From positions 288,001-352,000 of the forward strand of contig CAXXKD010000001.1 in the NCBI GenBank assembly GCA_963422375.2: a DNA stretch of 64,000 bases, given 5' to 3'. Origin of the DNA: Bryobacterales bacterium (lineage in GTDB: Bacteria; Acidobacteriota; Terriglobia; Bryobacterales; UBA6623). This document shows, piece by piece, positions 30,524 through 41,939 of this stretch (the first letter of the stretch is position 1; every line of letters begins with the position of its first letter). A model generated the notes under the pieces. It saw only the letters and a program-made list of their open reading frames with translations, made no database searches and had not been told where the DNA came from. A program made the position numbers and the translations under genes.

Positions 30524-31452
30524 AAAAAGAAGGCCCGATTCTTGACGATCGGGCCTCCGATCGTCGCGCCGGGTACGTTGCGTCGCAGCTTGGTCTTGCT
30601 CTTCGCATCCCACCCGCGGGCATTGAGGGAGTCGTTGCGAATGAACCAGTAGCCCGAGCCATGGAACTCGTTCGTCCCGGACTTGGTGGTCGCGTGCATG
30701 AAGCCTGCCGCGGAGCGCCCGTACTCGGCGGTCGGGGCGTTCGCCTCTACGCGCACCTCGGAGATGGCGTCGACCGGCGGGCTCAGCTCGGTGATGGTCG
30801 CGCCGATCCCGGTGCGGCTGTTCACCACGCCGTCGATGAACACTCCCGCCGACCGCGTGCGTCCGCCGGCGATCGTCACGTCGCCGCCGCCGGCGCGGTT
30901 GCTGTTGCGCATGCGCTGCGCTCCCGGTGTCAGGTCGATCAGGTCGAACACCTCGCGGTTGACTAGCGGAAGCTCCAGCACGCGCTTGTTCTCCACCACG
31001 GCCGCGAGCGACCCGCGGGACGTCTCCACCAAGGAGCTGGCAGCCTCGACGGTCACGGTCTCGATGATGGCCCCGACCTGCAAAACGGCGTCGTACGTCA
31101 GGGCGCTGCCGACCTCAAGGCGCAAGTTGCTCACCTCGTGCGGGCGGAACCCGTCCGACTCCATGCGGATCGAGTACGATCCCGGACTGAGGTTCGGCAA
31201 GTAGTACGTGCCGTCCCCTTGCGTCTTGACCGAGCTGGATGTGCCTTGTTCCTCGTTGTGAATCTCGACCCGAACCCCGGGAATCACGGCTCCTGTGTCG
31301 TCGGTGGCCGTGCCTAGAATCGTGCCCAGCGTCTGGGCCGGCATTCGGACGGCCACTGGAGCGAGCGTGGCGAGCGCTAGGAGCGCCGCGACGGCGGGGC
31401 GCGCAGACATTCGGGATTCCTCCTCTCGGACCGGCCTGGCTGATGCGCCCGT

Positions 31453-31480
31453 AGGCTACCCCCCCCCCCCCCCCCCGGAA
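31453..31480 (-). promoter_or_regulatory. Candidate promoter with G18 spacer upstream of the TonB receptor
   Basis: Minus strand TTCC-G18-TAGCCT (C18 at 31459-31476 on plus), followed by SD GAGGAGG and ATG 31410. Confidence 0.5.
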
Positions 31481-31898
31481 CATGCTCCGATCAAGGGAAA
31501 CTCAATGCAAAGGGCTCGAATCCGGCTCCGAATCGGTCCGAATCAGTCGAAACGGCCCGATAGCTTGAGCGTGCCGCCCGCCAATTGGGGCCGGAGGCCG
31601 GGCGCAGGTGTCCACTGTCGCGCCCCCTGGCGCACAGGCAGCCGGCTTGGAGCGGATCCGTCCGAGTCCGCCGTAACTCCGAGCGAAAGTCGTTCAGCAG
31701 GCCATAGGCTCCCCCCAATCCCGACAGGTCGAAGAGAGGCCCATCAAGCTGCCTGGACGAGCTTTCGGGCTATCGAGGGCTGGGGCATTGGCTCGCCGAT
31801 GTTGCTAATCGGCGCAGGTGCCCGCAGTTCTACCGACTGTCTTACGTGCGTCCACCTGCCTGCGGTGCTGCGTCTCGCCAAACCGAGGCCCTAGTCTA

Positions 31899-32153
31899 GT
31901 GCTTGTGACAAAACTTCTGAATTTTGGCCTGATCAGCATTTCATACTACATCCTGATGTCGGATGGATCTCCAAACACAATATATAGGGATCAAGGTCGG
32001 AAGTTGCTCAGCCGCTATTCGCAAAGATTTCCGTTATCTACCCAGAATCGCCAGGATTTCGGCCTATTCGTAGCATTCCAGCGAAATCTTTGCCTTGAGA
32101 GATTGCATCTAACTTCTTTTTTATCAAATGGATACGAGTTTTGTCACTGGCAC
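31899..32153. mobile_element. MITE-like or internally deleted IS (255 bp, AT-rich)
   Basis: 17-bp TIR GTGCTTGTGACAAAACT / GTGCCAGTGACAAAACT (15/17); direct repeat TAGTCTA at 31892-31898 and 32154-32160. Confidence 0.75.
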
Positions 32154-32239
32154 TAGTCTACCATGAAAATTCGAATGACTTGGCTCGGATACCGGAGCCT
32201 TGGTTCGCCTCGAGCATAGAACCAGCAGCAGAGTTGTAC

Positions 32240-32610
32240 GCGGATAAGTTGCGCAGTCCTTCATTTTTGCGGGCCGGTCGAGTCGGGATTCGACTGCGAT
32301 TGGCCTGTGCTATCCCGATCGTAGAGCATCTGATCATCTTGGCTGGTTGGTGGCTGTTTCGCCGACGGATTCGGCACATTCCGCGCGCGAAGGCCCGGTA
32401 GGACTCGCCGCTGCAAGCTGTCCATGGTCGCGTTCGCTTCCAGCGTCGAAGCGCCCATCGCCACGACCAGTCCCCGCAGGAAGGCCGCCTCTCCCAGCCG
32501 CTCTAGGCCCCGGCCGAACGCCTGCATGTGCGCCGCGCCCGAAAGCCGCTGGTTCTTCGGGAAAGCGTGCAGGGATTCGGGGGCGCCTCGCGCGATCCAT
32601 AGCCAAGGAA
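32240..32610 (-). pseudogene. Highly decayed IS1182/IS5-like transposase fragment
   Basis: LERLGEAAFLRGLVVAMGASTLEANATMDSLQRR resembles the DATTLEANA motif; downstream AKMKD remnant lies in another frame. Confidence 0.55.
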
Positions 32611-32993
32611 GGCGCGGCGGCTGAGAGTGCAGCGGTCCTACCGAGCTAGGCGCCGCTCTGATTCGAGCCCAGTCATCTAGCCCGGCTGCAGGAGCCCGAA
32701 GTCCAACTAATGGGGCAGCGAGGGGCGGCCCGTGACGGCGACATGGATTGGCCGGCCGGAGCCCTCCGCGCAAGCCACTGCATCCTCGATCATTCGCATT
32801 CCCATCGCCATGGGCACATTTTCGGAGAAGATTGACGTCCAATCGTTTGGCGCGTGACGAATCGGCGACTTCAGCGGGCTCCTTCAGCTTTCCGACTAGG
32901 GGCTGCTTTGATCGGTCCGCGGATCGTAGCTAGTGCTTGTCACAAGACTACCCCCACCTTCAGGCAGCCCACACCCGTCTAAGCAAATCGCGA

Positions 32994-34009
32994 CCTGATT
33001 ACCAACGAACGTCAGCCGAGGATATGCTATACTGAAGGAGGTCGGAAATCTCTGATAGGAAAGGGGATAGCAGCTGAAACGCAATCGCGTGCAATTGCAG
33101 AAGGGACTCAGTCCGGGCAAGTTCCTGCAGCGCTACGGCAGCGAGGGGCCATGCGAGCAGGCCGTCTTCAACGCCCGCCGGCCGACGGCTTCCGCTGCCC
33201 GGAGTGCGGCTCCCGCCGGCACTGCCGCATCCGCTCCCGCAAGCTCTGGCAGTGCCATGCCTGCCACCGCCGGACCTCCCTCGTCGCCGGCACGATCTTG
33301 GCCGCCACCCAGCTGCCGCTGACCGTCCGGTTCCTGGCGCTTCACCTGCTGACGCAGGGCCAGCACGGCGTTTCGTCGCTGGAACTGGCGCGGCAGCCGG
33401 GCGTGAGCCGGAACACGGCTTGGAAGATGAAGCACAAGCTCTTGCAAGTGATGAAGGAGCGCGACGAGCGCGTGCCGCTGGGCGGCATCGTGCAAGTGGA
33501 CGACGCCTACTGGGGCGGGGAGTGGGGCGGGGAGCGGCGGGCAAGACGCCGTTCGTCGCCGCCGTGCAGGTCAGCGCCGCCGGCCAGCCGGCAAGGATGC
33601 GCCTGAGCAGCGTGGCGGGCTTGTGCAAGAAGACGCTGGCAGCGTGGGCCGGGCGGCACTTGCAGCCCGGCACGGAGGTGCATTCCGACGGCCCGGCCTG
33701 CTTGCGGGGCGTGGCCGGCGCCGGCTGCGAGCACGTGCCGACCGTCACCGGAGGCGGGCAGCGGAGCTGCGGGGATTCCCGCTTCGTCCGGGTCAGCACG
33801 ATGCTGGCGAACGTCAAGCAGTCCCTGGCGGGAACCTGCCATGCGCTCGACGGCAAGCACCTGCCGCGGTACCTCGCCGAGTTCCGCTACCGCTTCAACC
33901 GCCGCTACGACCTGGAGGCGCTGGTCCCCCGCCTGCTCCACGCCTCCGTGCGCACCCCGCCCATGCCGTACCGCCTCCTAACCCTGGCTGCGTCTTGTGG
34001 GTAATCAGG
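32994..34009 (+). mobile_element. IS1595-family element with frameshifted transposase (1016 bp)
   Basis: Ends CCTGATTACC...GGTAATCAGG; 8-bp TSD AATCGCGA (32986-32993 and 34010-34017). FLQRYGSE | FRCPECG...CHAC...VQVDDAYWGG | GKTPFV...SDG...KHLPRYLAEFRYRFNRR spread over three frames. Confidence 0.92.
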
Positions 34010-34245
34010 AATCGCGATTCTATATTCAATCGACTCGAATCTTGATCCGTCAGATACTGCGGTCTTGCTTGGGAAAGAATGCATGAGTCATAAGGATCAC
34101 TCGAGCGCCTTCAGGTCAGAAGACCCACGATTTCAGGATTCTCGCACGATTCGCCCCCAAGAGCCGAGATTCGTTGTGATCTTCGCTGAAGAATCTCTCT
34201 GGCGACCCGAGTGGATTCCGGGAGAGCGGCATCGCGGAAGACCGC

Positions 34246-35036
34246 CGGGTGCGTCGGCGAACTCGTCGGCCTGGTCGGCCCGGACAGCGGCGAGGGCTCG
34301 CTGGTCCCCCCGGAAGCCGCCGGGCCGCCGGGGGTCACCGTCACGTGCTGCTCGGGGGAAAGCCTCGAGCACCTCGGCGACCGCTGGTTCGACGCTGTCG
34401 TCATGGATCCGCCCAATTGCGACAACGTCTTGTACACCGAGCTCGCGGACTTCATCTAAGTCTGGCTCAAGCGGACGGCGGGGTAGGTGTTCCCGGAACA
34501 GTTCCGCCGGCGCCTCGCCGCCAAGGACACGGGGGCCGTCGCGGATCCTGCCAGGTTCCGGGGCGTCAAGGGGGCCGGCACGCTGGCCGCTGCGGAATAC
34601 CGTGAGCGGATGTGTGCGATCTCCGCCGAGTGTCGCCGGGTACTCAAGCCCTGAGGCGTTATGACCCTCATGCTCACGCATGCGGTCGGCGCTGCGTGGG
34701 ATTCCCTGACGGCGGGCCTGATCGAGGCGGGCTTCGTCACCACCACGACCTGGCCGGTGAGCACGGAGGCCGAGGGCAGCCAGCACATCAGGGACAGGGC
34801 CGCGACGAAGAGCACTGTGCTGTTGTCGTGCCGGCCGCGGCCGGCTTGGCCCGGTGGACGGGTCGCGGGCGATCATCGACGCTGTCCATCATGCCTCCAG
34901 CGTGACGCGGCAGCGGGGGATGGCTCAGCCGGGGGAAGCGGCAAGCGACTTCCAAGCTCTCTACGAGCTCTACTGTGCGCTGTACACCAAGCAGATGGAC
35001 GAGCCCGAGCAGTTGAAGCTCTGGAGGGAGGGCTAG
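34246..35036 (+). pseudogene. C-terminal relic of a DUF1156-type adenine DNA methyltransferase
   Basis: DAVVMDPPNCDNVLYTELADFI*VWLKRTAG*VFPE...ECRRVLKP*GVMTLMLTH...AWDSLTAGLIEAGF.TTTWPV.TE...CRPR in one frame with stops at 34457, 34484 and 34652. Confidence 0.8.
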
Positions 35037-35382
35037 CCGCATCAATTGCGTCCGGCTGAGGGGTGTCACGCTCTGTGGATCTCCGGTCTATTTCCGGGGA
35101 TGAATCCTGCGCCGCGGTTGGGCCCTAGCGATGCTCCTTGACGGACCGCCCGTGCTGACGTTCGCGAAGGGCTTGGGACGTTCCGCGTTCGGGCCGGTGG
35201 GCGGACATCCAGAGACCGAGGAGCGGAGGTCCCCAGCCGACAAGACCGACGAGACGACCAAGATCCCGGCGCGCCGGTGGCGGGCGCGCCGCGGCATGGT
35301 ACGCGGAGCAGGTCTCGCTCCTAGTCGGTCCTCGGCCGACTGGAGCGGTTAGTGAGCTGGGACGTTCTATCATGGCTAGGAC

Positions 35383-36201
35383 ATGGAGTTGCTCGGCGGT
35401 AAGACTGCGATCGTTACTGGATCCGGTCGCAGCATCGGCAAGGCCGTCGCCAAGTTGCTCTCCCAGCATGGCGCCCGGGTCGTAGTCAACGACTTGGATC
35501 CGGAGCCGGTCCAGGAGACTGCCGCCGAAATCAGGGACCTCGGCGGCGAGGTCGCCGTCTGCACCGGCAGCGTCACGGATCCCAGCGTGCCCGGCAGGAT
35601 CGTGGGGACCGCGCTGGACAAGTTCGGCTCGGTGGACGTGATCGTCAACAACGCCGGCTATACATGGGACGGCGTCATTCACAAGATGAGCGACGAGCAG
35701 TTCGACGCGATGCTCGACGTCCACCTCAGGGCCCCCTTCCGCATGGTGCGGGCCGCCGCTCCGTTCCTGCGCGAGTCCGCCAAGTCCGACATCGCCGCGG
35801 GGCGCAGGCCGCCCTGCCGCAAGATCGTCAATGTGAGCTCCACCTCGGGCGTAGCCGGCAACGCCGGCCAGATCAACTACGCGGCCGGCAAGATGGGCGT
35901 CGTCGGGATGACCAAGACCATCGCCAAGGAGTGGGGCCGCTTCAACATCTGCTGCAACGCCGTCGCCTACGGCTTCATCGAGTCGCGTCTCACCCAGGCG
36001 AAGGAGAAGGGCGACAAGACCTCCTCCGGAGTTGCGCTCGGCATCCCGCAGCGCCAGAGAGACGGGGCGATCCGGCACATACCGCTGGGCCGCCACGGCA
36101 CACCCGAGGACGCTGCCGGGCCGGTGCTGTTCCTCGCCTCGGGCCTGTCCGATTATGTGACCGGCTCGGTCGTGCTAGTCACCGGCGGCAGCGTGGTCTG
36201 A
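35383..36201 (+). CDS. Short-chain dehydrogenase/reductase (FabG-like)
   Basis: TGSGRSIG, VNNAG, NYAAGK, PLGRHG. Confidence 0.93.
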   Translation: MELLGGKTAIVTGSGRSIGKAVAKLLSQHGARVVVNDLDPEPVQETAAEIRDLGGEVAVCTGSVTDPSVPGRIVGTALDKFGSVDVIVNNAGYTWDGVIHKMSDEQFDAMLDVHLRAPFRMVRAAAPFLRESAKSDIAAGRRPPCRKIVNVSSTSGVAGNAGQINYAAGKMGVVGMTKTIAKEWGRFNICCNAVAYGFIESRLTQAKEKGDKTSSGVALGIPQRQRDGAIRHIPLGRHGTPEDAAGPVLFLASGLSDYVTGSVVLVTGGSVV

Positions 36202-36389
36202 GCGTCTGAGTCGCAGTCGGCCTGCTCGCTGCGGGGGCAGGCCCCGCAGCGCAGCGACTCGCCTCGTGCGTCCTGCACGTCAGGGCCGCCGCACGAACCG
36301 CGCAGGCAGCGGTTCTTTGAGAGCAGTCCGATCGACATGATCGCCATGGCCGCGGCGATCAGTCCGAAGGCGAGAGCGAAGGTGGTCAT
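36153..36389 (-). CDS. nqrM: Na+-NQR maturation protein NqrM-like
   Basis: N-terminal TM helix, LRGSCGG and CGAC; directly after apbE. Confidence 0.8.
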   Translation of the reverse strand: MTTFALAFGLIAAAMAIMSIGLLSKNRCLRGSCGGPDVQDARGESLRCGACPRSEQADCDSDAQTTLPPVTSTTEPVT

Positions 36390-37426
36390 GGCCCCTCAGC
36401 GCTCATTCTTGCACGGAGCCCGCTCGACACGGCTTCGCGCAACGAGCCGTCGGCCTCGCGCACGATGAGCAGCACGGCGAGCCCCTCGCGCTCGGCAAGG
36501 GCCAAGCCCTCGCGCTCCCCCAGCGCGAGCATGGCGGTAGCGAGCGCGTCCGCTCGCATCGCGCTCGGATCGAGCACCGTGGCCGAAGCGACCCGCCCGC
36601 TCGCCGGCCGGCCCGTCCGTGGGTCGAGCACGTGACCCAGCCTACGCCCGTCCAGCTCGCGGAAGTCGCGGTAGTCCCCGGACGTGGCCGCGCCCGTGTC
36701 GCTGACGCGCAGGATGCGCTGGACGCTGCGGCCGACTGCGACGGGCCGCTCGACGCCGACCCGCCACGGCCCTCCGTCCTGGTTGGTGCCCCCCGCCCGC
36801 ACCTCGCCGCCGACTTCCACGAAGTGGTCGCGATATCCGAGCCGCTCGAGCGCCGAAGCGACGCGGTCGACGGCGTAGCCCTTGGCGATAGCCGAGAGGT
36901 CGCACTGCAGGCCCGGCACGCCTTTCCGAGCCCTTCCGCCCTGCGGCTCCAGCTCCAGCCGCCGCCAGCCCGTGCGGCCCCGCAGCCTCTCTAGGTCGTC
37001 GTCCGAGGGGGGCACGCCGCGGCCGTCCGGCCCGAATCCCCAAGCGTCCACCAGCGGGCCCACCGTGACGTCGAACGCCCCGCCGGTCAGCGCGCTAGCC
37101 GACCGGGCCGCTTCGAGCACCGCAAGCGTCTCTTCCGATAGGGGGAACGGGTCGGTCGACCGGTGCCGGTTGAACCGCGAGATCTCCGAGTCCTCGCGGT
37201 AGGTCGACATCAGCCGGTCCACGCGCTCGATTTCGTCGCGTGCGGCCGCGGCGATTCGGGACCGCTCCGCCGCGGCCGCGCGCGGCACCGTCAGCGAGAA
37301 GGATGTCCCCAAGGCGGGGCCTTCCACTCGCAGCGCGCCGGGCTCGCCACGGTCTCGCGAGCAAGCCGCCAGCGCCGCCAGGCCGGTCAGGAGGACCGCG
37401 CGGGCGCGGTGCCGGAGCCTAGCCAC
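36386..37426 (-). CDS. apbE: FAD:protein FMN transferase (lipoprotein)
   Basis: Lipobox [46 protein letters not shown]. Confidence 0.95.
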   Translation of the reverse strand: MARLRHRARAVLLTGLAALAACSRDRGEPGALRVEGPALGTSFSLTVPRAAAAERSRIAAAARDEIERVDRLMSTYREDSEISRFNRHRSTDPFPLSEETLAVLEAARSASALTGGAFDVTVGPLVDAWGFGPDGRGVPPSDDDLERLRGRTGWRRLELEPQGGRARKGVPGLQCDLSAIAKGYAVDRVASALERLGYRDHFVEVGGEVRAGGTNQDGGPWRVGVERPVAVGRSVQRILRVSDTGAATSGDYRDFRELDGRRLGHVLDPRTGRPASGRVASATVLDPSAMRADALATAMLALGEREGLALAEREGLAVLLIVREADGSLREAVSSGLRARMSAEGP

Positions 37427-38648
37427 CGAAGTCGTCGAACATGATGTTCTCCGGCTCGACTCCCAAGCTGTCGAGCATCTTGAAGCACGCCGTCATCATG
37501 GGTGGCGGGCCGCAGATGTAGTACTCGCAGTCCTCTGGCGCGGGGTGGTCCTTCAGGTAGTTGTCGTGTAGGACCTGGTGGATGAATCCCGTATAGCCCG
37601 TCCAGTTGTCTTCCTCCAGCGGATCCGACAGCGCCAGGTGCCACCTGAAGTTCGGGTTCTCCCGCTGGATCATGTCGAAGTCGTCGAGGTAGAACGCCTC
37701 GCGCAGGCTGCGGGCGCCGTACCAGAACGTCACCTTGCGCTTCGTGCCGATCCTCCGGAACTGGTCGAAGATGTGCGAGCGCATCGGAGCCATGCCCGCC
37801 CCGCCGCCGACGAACACCATCTCCGCCGGCGTGTCCCGGGCGAAGAACTCGCCGAACGGGCCCGAGATCTCGACCTCGTCGCCCGGCTTGAGTCCGAAGA
37901 TGTACGACGACATCTTGCCGGGGGGCGTGTCCTCCGGCGCCCGCGGCGGCGGGGTCGCCACTCGCACGTTCAGCATGATCACGCCCAGCTCCTCGGGGTA
38001 GTTCGCCATCGAGTAGGCCCGCTCGACCGGCTCCTCGATGGTCGAGACGTAGCGCCAGAGATTGAACCGGTCCCAGTCGGGGCGGTATTCCTCGGGCACG
38101 TCGAAGTCCTTGTACCGGACGGTGTGGGCGGGGCAGTTGATCTGGATGTAGCCGCCGGCGCGGAAGGGCACCGACTCGCCCCGCGGTAGCTCCAGCAGGA
38201 GTTCCTTGATGAAGGTGGCCACGTTGTCGTTGGACCGCACCCGGCACATCCAGCGGCGTACCGAGAACACCTCGTCCGGCACGCGGATCTCCAAGTCCTG
38301 CTTGACCTTGACCTGGCAGGACAGGCGCACGCCCTCGCGCGCCTCGCCTCGCGTGACGTGGCTGGCCTCGGTCGGCAGCATGGCCCCGCCGCCTTCGCAC
38401 ACCGTCACCTTGCACACGCCGCAGCTGCCCTTGCCTCCGCAGGCGGAGGCGATGAAGATCTTGCGGTCGGCCAGCGTGTTGAGGAGCGTGCCGCCCGAGC
38501 GCGCGGTCAGCGCGTTGGCGGGGTCGCCGTTGATGCCGATCGTGACCTCGCCGCCCGCGACGAGCTTGTTCTTGGCCACCATCAGCAGGGCGACCAGCGA
38601 CACGATGACGCCGGTGAACATCCCGACGCCGAGCAGTACGGTGATCAT
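37419..38648 (-). CDS. nqrF: Na+-translocating NADH:quinone reductase subunit F
   Basis: [43 protein letters not shown]. Confidence 0.98.
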   Translation of the reverse strand: MITVLLGVGMFTGVIVSLVALLMVAKNKLVAGGEVTIGINGDPANALTARSGGTLLNTLADRKIFIASACGGKGSCGVCKVTVCEGGGAMLPTEASHVTRGEAREGVRLSCQVKVKQDLEIRVPDEVFSVRRWMCRVRSNDNVATFIKELLLELPRGESVPFRAGGYIQINCPAHTVRYKDFDVPEEYRPDWDRFNLWRYVSTIEEPVERAYSMANYPEELGVIMLNVRVATPPPRAPEDTPPGKMSSYIFGLKPGDEVEISGPFGEFFARDTPAEMVFVGGGAGMAPMRSHIFDQFRRIGTKRKVTFWYGARSLREAFYLDDFDMIQRENPNFRWHLALSDPLEEDNWTGYTGFIHQVLHDNYLKDHPAPEDCEYYICGPPPMMTACFKMLDSLGVEPENIMFDDFGG

Positions 38649-38679
38649 CGCGTTCTCTCGTATCCTCGTTCCGGCCAGC

Positions 38680-39294
38680 CTACAGCTGGATCCCTCCGAA
38701 GGCCATGAACCCGATCGCCATCAGGCCCGACAGGACGAACGTCATTCCGAGCCCGCGCAGGCCCATCGGGATGTTGCTGTACTGCAGCCGCTCGCGGATG
38801 GAGGCCAAGGCCACGATGGCCATCGCCCAGCCGATTCCCGACCCGAGGCCGAATACGGCGCTCTCGGCCAGATCGTAGGTGCGCTCGACCATGAACAGCG
38901 ACCCGCCCAGGATCGCGCAATTCACCGCGATCAGCGGCAGGAACACGCCCAGCGCCGCGTACAGGGCGGGGAAGAAGCGGTCCAGCGTCATCTCCACGAT
39001 CTGGACCATGGCGGCGATCGTGCCGATGTAGCACAGGAATCCCAGGAAGGAGAGGTCGTACGCCGCCAGCTGCGGCGAGATCCACGCCATGGCACCCTCG
39101 CTCAGGAGGCGCGTGTAGATGAGATTGTTGATCGGCACCGTGACGGTCTGGACGAAGATGACCGCCGCGCCCAGCCCGAGCGCCGTGTTCACCTTTCTCG
39201 AGCAGGCGAGGAAGGAGCACATGCCGAGGAAGAACGCCAAGGCTAGGTTCTCGACGAAGATAGCCTTCACGGCCAGATTCAGGTAGTGTTCCAC
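38680..39294 (-). CDS. nqrE: Na+-NQR subunit E
   Basis: [28 protein letters not shown]. Confidence 0.97.
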   Translation of the reverse strand: MEHYLNLAVKAIFVENLALAFFLGMCSFLACSRKVNTALGLGAAVIFVQTVTVPINNLIYTRLLSEGAMAWISPQLAAYDLSFLGFLCYIGTIAAMVQIVEMTLDRFFPALYAALGVFLPLIAVNCAILGGSLFMVERTYDLAESAVFGLGSGIGWAMAIVALASIRERLQYSNIPMGLRGLGMTFVLSGLMAIGFMAFGGIQL

Positions 39295-39298
39295 GCTC

Positions 39299-39925
39299 CT
39301 AGCCCTCCGCCTCCACTTGGTCGGTCTTCCACGCCCGCAGGGCCCAGATGAAGAACCCGATCAGGAAAAACGCACCGGCCGGGCTCCCGAGGATGCCGTT
39401 CGGGAAGTACCAGCCTCCCTCGTTGGCCTTCGGCAGCACCACCGCGCCGAAGACCGTGCCTTGCGCCAGCAGCTCGCGCAGGAACGCCGTGGCCATCAGC
39501 ACGGCGCTGTATCCGAGGCCGTTGCCGACCCCGTCCAGCAGGCTGTCGAGCGGGCCGTTCTGCATCGCGTAGGCCTCCGCCCGCCCCATGATGATGCAGT
39601 TGGTGATGATCAGTCCCACGAACACGGAGAGCTGCTTGCTGATCTCGAAGAGGTAGGCCTTGAGCACCTGGTCCGTCATGATCACCAGCGAGGCGATTAT
39701 CGTGAGCTGCACGATGATGCGCACGTTGCCGGGGATGAAGTTGCGCAGCAGGCTGATCGACAGGTTGGACAGCGCGAGCACGCTGATCACGGCCGCGCAC
39801 ATCACCAGCGCGGTTTCGAGCTTCGACGTGACCGCGAGCGCCGAGCAAATGCCCAGCACCTGCAGGGCGATCGGGTTGCTCTCGAACAGGGGGTCGAGCA
39901 GCGTCTTGGTCCGTGTGGCGCTCAT
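39299..39925 (-). CDS. nqrD: Na+-NQR subunit D
   Basis: [33 protein letters not shown]. Confidence 0.97.
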   Translation of the reverse strand: MSATRTKTLLDPLFESNPIALQVLGICSALAVTSKLETALVMCAAVISVLALSNLSISLLRNFIPGNVRIIVQLTIIASLVIMTDQVLKAYLFEISKQLSVFVGLIITNCIIMGRAEAYAMQNGPLDSLLDGVGNGLGYSAVLMATAFLRELLAQGTVFGAVVLPKANEGGWYFPNGILGSPAGAFFLIGFFIWALRAWKTDQVEAEG

Positions 39926-40695
39926 CGGGCCGGTCCCTCCTTGAAGCGCTGCAGGTAGCTCTGGAATCCGTTCCCCCCGAGCCAGAGGTCGAGCATCGCC
40001 GTGACTCCGTTGCACGTGATCGTCGCGCCGGTCAGGCCGTCGACCTCGTGCGGCGCCTGGTCGGCGGGGGCCGCCGGGCCCTTGATCACCCGCAGAGCCG
40101 GGGCGCCCGCGGGGCCGTAGATCTTGCGGCCGGGCCAGACCGCCTTCCAGCTGGGGTTGTCGACCTCGCCGCCCAGGCCCGGGGTCTCGCCGTGCTGGTA
40201 GTAGGTGATGCCGCGGACCGTGGTGCCGTCGCGGTCCACGGCGAGGAACCCGTACAGGGTGGACCACAGCCCGTATCCCTGGATCGGCAGGACCGCCATG
40301 GTCGGCTGGCCGTCCTCCAGCACCTCGTAGACCAGCGCGTTGAGCGGCAGTCGCTGCACGGAAGCGCGGTTGTCCGGGGCGGGGCGGCTCGTTTGCGGAT
40401 CCCGCGCGGCCTTGGCCTGGTCGAAGGTGACCGGGTCGATGTCCGTCGCGGTGCCGCTCTCCAGGTCGATGACCACCGGGCGGACCCGCCCGAAGATCTG
40501 CTGGACCTCGTCAGGGTCCAGCCGGTCTTCCGAGTCGGCCAGGCCGGCGGCGTAGAGGACGTTGCGCTGCTTGTCGAGCGCGGCGTTCCTCTGCTGGCTC
40601 TCCTTCAGCGATACCGCGGCCGAGGACACCAGCACGGCGCACACCACGCACACCGCGGCCGAGAATAGGATCGTGTACAGGGCGTTATGCCGCAT
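39922..40695 (-). CDS. nqrC: Na+-NQR subunit C
   Basis: [25 protein letters not shown] (FMN site). Confidence 0.96.
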   Translation of the reverse strand: MRHNALYTILFSAAVCVVCAVLVSSAAVSLKESQQRNAALDKQRNVLYAAGLADSEDRLDPDEVQQIFGRVRPVVIDLESGTATDIDPVTFDQAKAARDPQTSRPAPDNRASVQRLPLNALVYEVLEDGQPTMAVLPIQGYGLWSTLYGFLAVDRDGTTVRGITYYQHGETPGLGGEVDNPSWKAVWPGRKIYGPAGAPALRVIKGPAAPADQAPHEVDGLTGATITCNGVTAMLDLWLGGNGFQSYLQRFKEGPAR

Positions 40696-41902
40696 AGCGC
40701 GCCCTCCTGCGCTTGACGTTGGCCTGGACCACGAAGTGGTCGATGAGTGAGGCGAACATGTTCATGAACAGGATCGCCAGCATCATGCCCTCGGGGTAGG
40801 CGGGGTTGATCACGCGGATCAGGATGGCGAGCACCCCGATCAGGAAGCCGTAGACGTAGCGCCCCTTGTTGGTGTGGGCGGCGGAGACCGGATCGGTCGC
40901 CATGAAGACGAGGCCGAAGGCCCAGCCCCCGAGCACTAGATGCCACTCGAACGGCACGTCCAGCAGCGGGTTCGTCGTCGATCCCGCCGCGTTCAGGATC
41001 TGCACCATGGCGAAGGAGCCCGCGACTCCGGCCAGCATGATGCGCCAGGATCCGATTCCCGTCGCCACGAGCACGGCCGCGCCGATCAGGCAGGCCAGGG
41101 TCGACGTCTCGCCCATCGATCCCGGCACGAGCCCGAGAAACGCCTGCGTCCACGTCACGCCGCCTCCGGCGAGCGCCTCGGGGCCGGTCGTGGCCGCCTG
41201 GGCGAGCCAGGTGGCCCCGCTGCTCCCGTCCACGGTCGTGTCCGCGGCGATCCAGACCTGGTCGCCGGAAATCTGCGCCGGGTAGGCGAAGAACAGGAAC
41301 GCCCGCGACATCAGGGCGGGGTTGAAGACGTTCATTCCGGTGCCGCCGAAGATCTCCTTGCCCACGATGACGCCGAAGGCGATGCCCAGCGCGACCTGCC
41401 ACAGCGGGATGGTCGGCGGGAGCACCAGCGGGAAGAGCATGCCTGTCACGAGGAAGCCTTCGTTGATTTCGTGCCTGCGCACGACGGAGAACAGGGCCTC
41501 GCAATTGCCGCCGACGGCGAAGGTCACCAGCAGGACCGGCAGGTAGTACAGCGCCCCGTGGAGCGCGCAGGCGGCCAAGTCGGCCGGGTCGAACGAGCCG
41601 AAGCCGAGCCGGACCATCAAGGCGGTCTGCCACGTGTCGAGGGGCTGCGCGCCCGCCGAGATCGCGAGATTGGCCTGATATCCTGTGTTGTACAGCGCCA
41701 TGGCCACGCAGGGCAGCAGCGAGAGCACCACCGTGACCATCATGCGCTTCACGTCGATGCCGTCGCGGACGTGCGACGCGCCCCGCGTCGACGAGCCCGG
41801 CGTATAGAGGAACGTGTCGGCGGCCTCGTACAGCGGGTACAGCCGCTCGAGGCGCCCGCCGGGCTCGAAATGCCTAGCCAGTGAGTCGAGAATCGCGCGC
41901 AT
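40685..41902 (-). CDS. nqrB: Na+-NQR subunit B
   Basis: [40 protein letters not shown]. Confidence 0.97.
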   Translation of the reverse strand: MRAILDSLARHFEPGGRLERLYPLYEAADTFLYTPGSSTRGASHVRDGIDVKRMMVTVVLSLLPCVAMALYNTGYQANLAISAGAQPLDTWQTALMVRLGFGSFDPADLAACALHGALYYLPVLLVTFAVGGNCEALFSVVRRHEINEGFLVTGMLFPLVLPPTIPLWQVALGIAFGVIVGKEIFGGTGMNVFNPALMSRAFLFFAYPAQISGDQVWIAADTTVDGSSGATWLAQAATTGPEALAGGGVTWTQAFLGLVPGSMGETSTLACLIGAAVLVATGIGSWRIMLAGVAGSFAMVQILNAAGSTTNPLLDVPFEWHLVLGGWAFGLVFMATDPVSAAHTNKGRYVYGFLIGVLAILIRVINPAYPEGMMLAILFMNMFASLIDHFVVQANVKRRRARYAA

Positions 41903-41939
41903 GATCTGATCGGTCCTGCCGTGCGTGGCGGCGCAGCGC

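Larger units (their letters stand above)
26691..31410 (-). pseudogene. TonB-dependent receptor disrupted by IS1595 and three frameshifts
   Basis: N-terminal part 30532-31410 (signal peptide, ELPLVNR, AEYGRS, TKSGTNEFHGS). After the IS it resumes YNYD; frameshifts near 28325, 28015 and 27265; ends REMQLGLKLYF (outer-membrane C-terminal Phe). Confidence 0.9.
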
